From Fidelibacterota bacterium (GTDB lineage Bacteria > Fidelibacterota > Marinisomatia > Marinisomatales > JABMOV01): DNA of 26,467 nucleotides. Numbering within the stretch: position 1 is the stretch's first letter; every line of letters begins with the position of its first letter. Position numbers and translations under genes: made by a program. The DNA is taken from positions 1-26,467 of the forward strand of contig JBHHUC010000027.1 of assembly GCA_046861395.1 (NCBI GenBank). Reading direction: 5' to 3'. The notes below the pieces were generated by a model that made no database searches, was not told where the DNA came from, and saw only the letters and a program-made list of their open reading frames with translations. Shown here piece after piece: positions 1 through 7,244 of this stretch.

Positions 1-1
1 T

Positions 2-1009
2 GATATTGACATCGGTGGTATTGATTACATTGATCGTGGCATAGAGTGTTGTTGTTTTACCTGACCCCGTAGGACCGGAAACCAGGATAATGCCGTTGGG
101 CAGATGAACTAATCGACGCCATTGTTCCAGAATTTCTTCTTCAAAACCCAATTTATAAAGTTCTATTTTACTTTTGGATTGGTCCAGAATACGCATAACG
201 GCTACTTCACCATGCACGGTAGGATACGTGGAAGCACGAACATCGACACGTTTCCCGCCGACAGTATGTGAAAAACGACCATCCTGCGGTCTACGTGATT
301 CAGCAATATCCATTTCAGACATCACCTTAATACGGGCCAGCAAGGGTCCTGTGGAGGATTTTGGAACTGTGTAATGTTGCTGCAACACTCCATCCACACG
401 GAATCGGATTCTTACATCCCGTTCTCGTGGTTCAACATGCACATCACTGGCTCCAACTTTAATGGCTTCATTGAAGAGCATATTGACTGCTTCGATGATT
501 TCCGTATCCTGATCGATTTCACGGGAAACTATTTTACTTTCTCCGGGCGTCCCGGATTGGCCGTAGAGGGCAGCACTATAGAATAAATCAATCGATCGTT
601 CAATTTCACTTTCGGTAGCCAGGACAAGATTAATATCCTTCTGCGTGATCATGGACAATTCATCCACCATCTGTACATTTAACGGGTCGGCGGTTGCGAC
701 TGTAAGTTGTTCATCAATCATGAATAACGGTAATACTTTATACTTTTCCGCTATTTTCTGGTCAACAAGGGCCAGGACGTCATTGTCAACTTCATAGGAC
801 GTCAGATCGAGATAAGGAATACCCAGTTGCTCGCTGAGTAGTTCCACCATGGCTTTTTCGGTTAAAAATCCAAGAGTGACAATCGCTTTGCCAAGATATA
901 TATGATGTTCTTCCTTATACTCCAGAGCTTCTTTCAGCTGTTCCTGAGTAACGGCCCCGGCATCAATCAGGATATCACCAATGCGTTTTTTTGTTAGTAC
1001 TGCAGCCAT
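2..1009 (-). CDS. pilB: Type IV pilus extension ATPase PilB/MshE/GspE with N-terminal MshEN domain (3' end runs off the window)
   Basis: Not in the ORF track; translated by hand from ATG at 1009: MAAVLTKKRIGDILIDAGAVTQEQLKEAL...ASDVHVEP...RFRVDGVL...MDIAESRRPQDGR...GIILVSGPTGSGKTTTLY (Walker A). SD-like GAGGT lies upstream, overlapping the pilD stop. Confidence 0.93.
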   Translation of the reverse strand, partial: MAAVLTKKRIGDILIDAGAVTQEQLKEALEYKEEHHIYLGKAIVTLGFLTEKAMVELLSEQLGIPYLDLTSYEVDNDVLALVDQKIAEKYKVLPLFMIDEQLTVATADPLNVQMVDELSMITQKDINLVLATESEIERSIDLFYSAALYGQSGTPGESKIVSREIDQDTEIIEAVNMLFNEAIKVGASDVHVEPRERDVRIRFRVDGVLQQHYTVPKSSTGPLLARIKVMSEMDIAESRRPQDGRFSHTVGGKRVDVRASTYPTVHGEVAVMRILDQSKSKIELYKLGFEEEILEQWRRLVHLPNGIILVSGPTGSGKTTTLYATINVINTTDVNI

Positions 1010-1017
1010 GGTTTACC

Positions 1018-1779
1018 TCATACCAGGATCAGGGTTAAGTACCAATCAATAATGGGACGGCTCCAGAACAGAGCAATGATGCATCCCAGGCTTAAATACG
1101 GCCCGAAGGGTATGCGCTGCCCAACACTTGCTTTACCAATTACCATTAATCCCAAAATAATCATGGCTGCCGAAAAAAAGGCCAGTGCTATGGCAATCAA
1201 GCCGCCTTGCCAACCTAAAATCAAGCCCATCAAGGCGGCATATTTCACGTCTCCCATTCCCATGGCCTCCTTGCGGAAGGCCAGTTGCCCAAGAACGGCA
1301 ATGGCGTAGAAACCCAACCCCAGGCTAAGGGCACCAATGATATAGGAGGAATCCATAAAACCACTGCGAGCCCAGGGCCAGAGTCCTGGTATGATCCCGA
1401 CCAGAAGCAAATTGTTGGGAATAATCTGATGATCGACGTCGATAAAAGTAATGGCAATAACAATGGAAATAAATATTGCATAAGCAAATAAATCTGCTGT
1501 CAGACCAACCTCCCGGTATGTGAGATAGAACATCAAGGCAGTGAGTAACTCTACCAGCGCATAGCGAGATGAAATGGTGTTTTTACAGGAAGAACATTTC
1601 CCCCGCAGGAAAAGATAACTCAGAACTGGAATATTTTCCCAGGCTTTCAATACGTATCCGCAATGGGGACAGGCCGATCGGGGCTTGACAATCGATTTCT
1701 CCAAGGGCAGTCGGTAAATAACGACATTTAAGAAACTCCCAATGGTCAGACCAAAAAGTATGACAAAAAATTCTGTCAT
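1018..1779 (-). CDS. pilD: Prepilin peptidase / N-methyltransferase (A24A)
   Basis: GSFLNVVIYRLP N-terminus, CPHC and CSSC Zn pairs, catalytic Asp motifs FIDVDHQIIPN and GMGDVK, C-terminal IPFGPYL, multiple TM segments. Confidence 0.96.
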   Translation of the reverse strand: MTEFFVILFGLTIGSFLNVVIYRLPLEKSIVKPRSACPHCGYVLKAWENIPVLSYLFLRGKCSSCKNTISSRYALVELLTALMFYLTYREVGLTADLFAYAIFISIVIAITFIDVDHQIIPNNLLLVGIIPGLWPWARSGFMDSSYIIGALSLGLGFYAIAVLGQLAFRKEAMGMGDVKYAALMGLILGWQGGLIAIALAFFSAAMIILGLMVIGKASVGQRIPFGPYLSLGCIIALFWSRPIIDWYLTLILV

Positions 1780-2150
1780 TACCCCTGTGCAAGTAAGTTA
1801 GAGAATTCAGATATAAGGTGGCTGGGATTGACCGGTTTGGTGATATAGGAATCAGCCCCGCTTTTTATCCCCAATTGTTTATCATGGTCCGTATCCTTGG
1901 CGGAAACAATCACCACAGGAATGTTTTTGAATTTCTCATCATATTTCAATAACCGGCATACCTGGTATCCGTCCAATCCGGGTAACATTAAATCCAGCAT
2001 GATCAGATCAGGTCGTAGCTTTCTTGCCTGTTGCAATCCATGCATTCCATCGTTGGCCGTGTGAATTTCGAAACCGTTTCGTTCCAGTAATATTTTAATA
2101 GGCTGAATAAAGAATTCTTCATCATCAACAATCAGAATTTTTTTCCCCAT
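1779..2150 (-). CDS. Single-domain (CheY-like) response regulator
   Basis: ILIVDDE, PDLIMLDLMLP (phospho-Asp), VSAK, YITKP; no output domain; TAATG overlap with pilD. Confidence 0.93.
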   Translation of the reverse strand: MGKKILIVDDEEFFIQPIKILLERNGFEIHTANDGMHGLQQARKLRPDLIMLDLMLPGLDGYQVCRLLKYDEKFKNIPVVIVSAKDTDHDKQLGIKSGADSYITKPVNPSHLISEFSNLLAQG

Positions 2151-2166
2151 ACGTTCTCATTCCTTT

Positions 2167-3264
2167 CTAATCTTCTAAGGCAATATTTTCAACCGTCGTA
2201 ATTGGATTTTCAGCCCGTAATTTAAGGCTTAAATCCGTTGGCCGGTCCGCACATCGGATCGCAGTATCTTCATCGATCTTTTTATCCATTACCAGCTTGA
2301 ATAAATGTTGATCAAATAGCTGCATTCCTTCATTTTTAGATGACTCAATCGTGTGACGTAACACATCCAAATCCCCTCGATGAATGACATCACGAACGCG
2401 AGATGTTGTCAATAGCAATTCCAGTGCTGCTGTCCGCTTCCCATCAATGGTCGGAATCAGACGTTGGGCGATAACAGCTTTCAGATTTTGACTAAGCTGC
2501 AACCGGATCATTTCATGTTCATTAACATGGTAAAAGCTCATGATTCGTTCGATGGTCTGATAAGCATTATTGGCATGCAATGTGCTTAAAACCAAATGAC
2601 CTGTTTCTGCGAAATTCATCGCAGCCGACATGGCTTCCTTATCACGGATTTCTCCGATCAATAATACGGAAGGTGCTTCGCGCAACGCACTTTTTAGTGC
2701 TGCGAAATACGAATGTGAATCCTGTCCGATTTCCCGCTGATTTACAATGCCTTTTTTATGCGATTTTAGAAATTCGATCTGATCTTCAAGTGTTAATATA
2801 TGTGCAGTTTTATTCGCATTACAATGATCGATCATTGCTGCCATCGTCGTTGATTTTCCGGAACCGGTTGCGCCGACAACGAAAATCAAACCCCTATCTT
2901 CCATGGCCAAATTTGACAGAATAGCGGGCATATTCAATTCTTCCAGTGTCAAAATCTTAGAAATAATTCTGCGTACGACAAAGGCAACGGAATTCCGTTG
3001 GCGGAAAAAGTTCACGCGAAACCGACCTACGCCAGGTAAGCTATAAGTAAAATCCAGCTCTTTTTCCTTGTTGAATATTTCCAATTGACGTTCATTTAAC
3101 ATTTCAGCCTGGAGATTGTTGATAGTATCAGGTATTATTTTTTCTTTTTCCAGTGGTAAAATTTTCCCTGATATCTTCAACATGGGATAGGCACCTAAAG
3201 TAATGAATAAATCCGAAGCATTGGCTTCTACCATTACATTTAATAAATCATTTATTTTATACAT
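2167..3264 (-). CDS. pilU: Type IV pilus retraction ATPase, PilU-like
   Basis: ASDLFIT, GRFRVNFFRQR, Walker A GATGSGKS, Walker B LREAPSVLLIGEIRD (PilU-type 'AP'), His box ETGHLVLSTLH; lacks AIRNLIRE; directly follows pilT. Confidence 0.85.
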   Translation of the reverse strand: MYKINDLLNVMVEANASDLFITLGAYPMLKISGKILPLEKEKIIPDTINNLQAEMLNERQLEIFNKEKELDFTYSLPGVGRFRVNFFRQRNSVAFVVRRIISKILTLEELNMPAILSNLAMEDRGLIFVVGATGSGKSTTMAAMIDHCNANKTAHILTLEDQIEFLKSHKKGIVNQREIGQDSHSYFAALKSALREAPSVLLIGEIRDKEAMSAAMNFAETGHLVLSTLHANNAYQTIERIMSFYHVNEHEMIRLQLSQNLKAVIAQRLIPTIDGKRTAALELLLTTSRVRDVIHRGDLDVLRHTIESSKNEGMQLFDQHLFKLVMDKKIDEDTAIRCADRPTDLSLKLRAENPITTVENIALED

Positions 3265-4328
3265 CAGGATGATACCATCTTGTTGAACTCGACCGGGTCG
3301 CTCACCATACCGAGAGCCTCGCTCTTGTTAACCAACCCTTCATTCACCAGCTTTGCCAAGGATTGTTCCATAGTCTTCATGCCGATCTTGGCACCAGTTT
3401 GAATGATGGACGGCAACTGAAATGTTTTACTTTCTCGAATCAAATTTCCAACGGCTGAGGTCCCGATAAGGATTTCAAATGCGGCGACCCTTCCTCCTCC
3501 CTGTTTTTTCAGCAATACCTGAGAAACAACGCCCACAATCGATTCACTCAGCATTACACGGATCTGGGATTGTTGCGTGGAAGGGAACTGGTCGATGATC
3601 CGGTCCAGCGTTTTGGTGGCATTAATCGTGTGCAACGTACCGAAAACCAGATGCCCGGTTTCGGCGGCTGTAATGGCCAGAGATGTCGTTTCCAGATCCC
3701 TCATTTCACCGACCACAATGACATCCGGATCTTCACGCAAGGCACTGCGTAGGGCCCGGGCAAACGATTTTGTATTTGAACCTACCTCGCGATGCCGAAT
3801 CAGGGATTTCTTGCTGGTATGGATGAACTCCACCGGATCTTCAATTGTGATGATATGCTTACGCATGTGGGAATTGATATAATTGATCATGGTATTCAAC
3901 GTCGTGGATTTCCCGCTGCCTGTCGGACCAGTGACCAGAATTAATCCCTTTTCCTTACTGACAAGTTCCTTCAGGATTGGAGGAAGCCCCAATTCCTCAA
4001 AGGTAAACGTTTTAGTTGACACCGACCGTAATACGGCTGAATCTCCGTATAATTCCTGAAAAACATTAACGCGAAACCGACCCATTCCTTTTACTTCAAA
4101 AGAAAAATCCAATTCCAACTCTTCTTCATAGAGCCGACGTTGTTCATCATTCATAATATCATAGATAAGGGTATGGACTTCTTCCGGTAATAGTGCTGGT
4201 AATTCCGTACGTCGCAATTCTCCGTTAACGCGCAGAATCGGCGGTGAATTTGAATTCAGATGAAGATCGCTGGCATCCGCCGAACGCATGAAATTCAATA
4301 ATTCATAGATCTGTATCTGGTTTCCCAT
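3264..4328 (-). CDS. pilT: Type IV pilus retraction ATPase PilT
   Basis: ASDLHL, GPTGSGKSTT, TIEDPVEF, ALREDPDVIVVGEMRDLET, AAETGHLVFGTLHT, AVGNLIRE (AIRNLIRE variant). Confidence 0.95.
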   Translation of the reverse strand: MGNQIQIYELLNFMRSADASDLHLNSNSPPILRVNGELRRTELPALLPEEVHTLIYDIMNDEQRRLYEEELELDFSFEVKGMGRFRVNVFQELYGDSAVLRSVSTKTFTFEELGLPPILKELVSKEKGLILVTGPTGSGKSTTLNTMINYINSHMRKHIITIEDPVEFIHTSKKSLIRHREVGSNTKSFARALRSALREDPDVIVVGEMRDLETTSLAITAAETGHLVFGTLHTINATKTLDRIIDQFPSTQQSQIRVMLSESIVGVVSQVLLKKQGGGRVAAFEILIGTSAVGNLIRESKTFQLPSIIQTGAKIGMKTMEQSLAKLVNEGLVNKSEALGMVSDPVEFNKMVSS

Positions 4329-6185
4329 TTAGTGTAATTTAATAATATTTGGCGTGATGAAGATAAGCAATTCCGTTTGCTCGGTTGTATTAATGGTATG
4401 ATTGAACAGCCGTTTAATAACCGGAATTTTTCCCAGGATCGGCATCGTCGTATGGGTTTGAACCGCCTGATCATAAATCAATCCGCCGATAAGCAGTGTT
4501 TCCCCAGTTTCAACCGTCACTTGGGTCTGGGTCTGCCGCCGTGATACAATGGGCCGATCATTATTCGGTCCGGTATATCCGGTAATCGCTTCAATCTGAG
4601 CATCAATGGCCATGGAAATAAATCGGCCTTCATTGATACGCGGAAACACATTCAAGGTTACATTCACTTCTTCATCCTGGAATGTGTACGGTGTCTGCCC
4701 CCCTGTCGTTGTACCCTGGGTTTGAGGAACCAAAACTGGAACGGTTGTTCCCACCGTCACTGTAGCCATAGTATTATCCTGTGCCGTAACCGACGGTTCC
4801 TGTAATAACCGACTTTTCCCGTCTGTGGATAAGACTTCCAACAGGGCTTGAAATACGGGCAAAGACAAGGTGGCCATCTTCAGACCATTAAAATGACCAA
4901 TATCAAGCAAGGCTGACTGGGCCAAGGCTCCTGTCGTAGTTCCCGTCTGCCCCCCGATGGTTCCTGTCTGGCCGGTGGTTTGCGTCCCGGACGTTGAACC
5001 GGACGCTGGGGACTGAAGATCGGCCCGGATAGACCAGTTGATGCCCATGCGATCATCCATGGTTAAACGTGTTTCGATGAACTTGACGGCAATGTTTATT
5101 TGCGAGACAGGTTTGTCCAAGGCATAGATCAATCGTTCAATTTTGGGAAAATTATAATGGACGTCCGTTACAAGAATATGATCGGCATTCGTTACGCCGC
5201 CTGCACCACCCAATCCTCCAGTGGTCGCCCCGCCCTGCTGTTGGTTGGCTCCCGTTGCACCACCGGTCAGCCCGCCAACTAATCCTGTCAAACCGGCAGC
5301 CTGGGCATTGGTGGCACCGGTAGCACTTCCGGCGGCTCCCAGGACACCCCCAGCCCCACCCTGTTGACTGGACGTCGTTCCTCCCTGAAGGGGATTCTGA
5401 ACGGCAGCTTTGAAGGTCTGCAGTTTTCCCTTCTTGGTCAGAACATTTGAAATGGCATTGGCGACGGCCGAAGCATCGGCGTAATCCAGTTTATAAATCC
5501 GTGTATCCATCGATCCTTCCATCTCCGTCGCAATGGGTTTGATGACAAGGATATTTTCCTGCAGAAACCAATCATAGCCGTTCACTTTCAGGATGACATC
5601 CAGGGCCGTTCCCAGATTTACATCATTCAGGGCAATCGTCACCGTGCCCTTGATTTCTTCTCCGGCCACAATATTCAGGTTATTCTGGGCCTGAAGGAGT
5701 CGCAGTAAATCGATAATGGGTGCGTCCTTGAAATTGAGGGAAACGGTTGATTCCATGGGTGATATCCGGGAAGCCCGGACCTGTTCCGGGGCTTCATGGA
5801 CTAAGGGTTCCCAGTACACTCTAAGAATCCGTCCCTGGCTTAAATCAATCGTATAATCAGGGAGAGTCGTGAAATAAAGTACTACTTCCGTTTGGACGGG
5901 ATTGGTGGCCAGTTGCTTGGCTGTGATGCGATATAACGGCGGTAAATCGATTTCCTTGCGATACCGTGTTTGGGGAAAGGACGTATTGGGGATTATCAGC
6001 CGCAGCATGGGAGGATTCGCGGATAAATCTTCCTCATATTCAATTATTTCCGTAAATCGCATGGATAGGCCCATCTCTGAACCGGCATCATAAGTATTGA
6101 TCAATTCCATCTCCTGACCGAACAGTCCGGCCCCCCAAATCCAGGTGATGATAAGAATCAATCGTTGGGTAAAAAGTTTATTCAT
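4329..6185 (-). CDS. pilQ: Secretin (PilQ/MshL/GspD family)
   Basis: Signal peptide, AMIN-like N-terminus, N0 SLNFKDAPI...NIV...GTVTIALNDV, N3 TRIYKLDYADA...LDKP, secretin domain QINIAVKFIE...MGINW...GETLLIGGLI...PILGKIP...ELLIFITPNII. Confidence 0.9.
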   Translation of the reverse strand: MNKLFTQRLILIITWIWGAGLFGQEMELINTYDAGSEMGLSMRFTEIIEYEEDLSANPPMLRLIIPNTSFPQTRYRKEIDLPPLYRITAKQLATNPVQTEVVLYFTTLPDYTIDLSQGRILRVYWEPLVHEAPEQVRASRISPMESTVSLNFKDAPIIDLLRLLQAQNNLNIVAGEEIKGTVTIALNDVNLGTALDVILKVNGYDWFLQENILVIKPIATEMEGSMDTRIYKLDYADASAVANAISNVLTKKGKLQTFKAAVQNPLQGGTTSSQQGGAGGVLGAAGSATGATNAQAAGLTGLVGGLTGGATGANQQQGGATTGGLGGAGGVTNADHILVTDVHYNFPKIERLIYALDKPVSQINIAVKFIETRLTMDDRMGINWSIRADLQSPASGSTSGTQTTGQTGTIGGQTGTTTGALAQSALLDIGHFNGLKMATLSLPVFQALLEVLSTDGKSRLLQEPSVTAQDNTMATVTVGTTVPVLVPQTQGTTTGGQTPYTFQDEEVNVTLNVFPRINEGRFISMAIDAQIEAITGYTGPNNDRPIVSRRQTQTQVTVETGETLLIGGLIYDQAVQTHTTMPILGKIPVIKRLFNHTINTTEQTELLIFITPNIIKLH

Positions 6186-6666
6186 CCAGTGTTAGCCTAA
6201 CTGTCTTTAATCCTTGGGTTAATGTCACATAATTCATGGCGATTTCGGCTACGGTATAGCCATTTATAACATCTCCTTCGGAAACAATTCTTTCATTAAT
6301 TAATGCATACCCAGAATTCCCCAGCCAGGATATGCCGTTCAAATCAAACGTTATACGGTCACCGGCGCCTGTTACGCCCAGAACCCGGCCCAGGATATTC
6401 CCGCCTTCAGTATCTTCGGTCGGTGTGGAGTAAAAGAACGGATCTCCCTCCCATTTTGCGTCCATTTCAATTTCAGGGATTACTGTCAGAGCGGCATAGA
6501 TCCGGGCATCGTCTACAACATCCGTTTGTTCCGTGAGTTTGGCAATTTCCTGAGATAGAATTTTATCCTCATTCGGAAAAAGAATGCCCGAATCAATAAT
6601 CCAGTAGATTATCAGAATCACCAGGATCACGGACATAATAGTTTGATTACGGTTCATGCCAAACAT
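6178..6666 (-). CDS. MshK/PilP/GspB-like alignment protein (single N-terminal TM)
   Basis: N-terminal TM, DPFF motif, C-terminal LNGISW...YALINERIVSEGDVINGYTVAEI...VTL beta domain; lies between pilO and the secretin. Confidence 0.65.
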   Translation of the reverse strand: MFGMNRNQTIMSVILVILIIYWIIDSGILFPNEDKILSQEIAKLTEQTDVVDDARIYAALTVIPEIEMDAKWEGDPFFYSTPTEDTEGGNILGRVLGVTGAGDRITFDLNGISWLGNSGYALINERIVSEGDVINGYTVAEIAMNYVTLTQGLKTVRLTLDE

Positions 6667-6670
6667 CCTG

Positions 6671-7240
6671 TTACACTCCCTTTATCATATATGAATAAAG
6701 GACAAGCCGGCATGACAATACACCGGGCGTTTCAATTTCAGTGTCCATGCTCAATCGTCCGATATTAAATAATTTGGGATGGTCGACCAATTTTTCCAGG
6801 AATTGTCCGATGGTCAGATAATCGCCCCGCAGCGTGAGCTGAACCAGATAACGGACAACATATTTATCCGCTAGGTTCAACCCTGTATATATCGCAGGAT
6901 AGGAATCTTCCAGGGTCGGTTGGATAGTAGGAACATTGATATTACTTTGTACGGCTAATTCGCGGATAGAGTTTATCAATTCCAGGAATTCCTTATTGTC
7001 GACCGTCACCCGTCCCTGTAGTGTGTCTAAACTGGCCACTTTTTTATCAAATGCTTGTTTGACCTGGTCGTAGGTATTTCTCACATCGGATAATTCTTTG
7101 AATTTCTGATCCAGACGAATGATCTCGGCTCGCAATTCACTCTTACGTTTCCCGTAGACATAAATATCTTGATAAATCCAAGCACCGATGGCCAGAATCA
7201 GAACCGTGATGATGGTATAAAATGTGTATTGATAATTCAT
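6671..7240 (-). CDS. pilO: PilO/MshJ-like alignment protein (start reassigned to ATG at 7240, MNYQYTF)
   Basis: N-terminal TM, coiled coil, C-terminal YLVQLTLRGDYLTIGQFLEKLVDHPKLFNIGRLSM. The ORF-track start at 7336 overlaps the upstream gene by about 90 nt, while 7240 lies just past its stop. Confidence 0.82.
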   Translation of the reverse strand: MNYQYTFYTIITVLILAIGAWIYQDIYVYGKRKSELRAEIIRLDQKFKELSDVRNTYDQVKQAFDKKVASLDTLQGRVTVDNKEFLELINSIRELAVQSNINVPTIQPTLEDSYPAIYTGLNLADKYVVRYLVQLTLRGDYLTIGQFLEKLVDHPKLFNIGRLSMDTEIETPGVLSCRLVLYSYMIKGV

Positions 7241-7244
7241 CGAC

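Noticed and set aside
174..586. Two short plus-strand ORFs (66 and 70 aa)
   Set aside because: Antisense to pilB, which the ORF track missed because it runs off the window edge.
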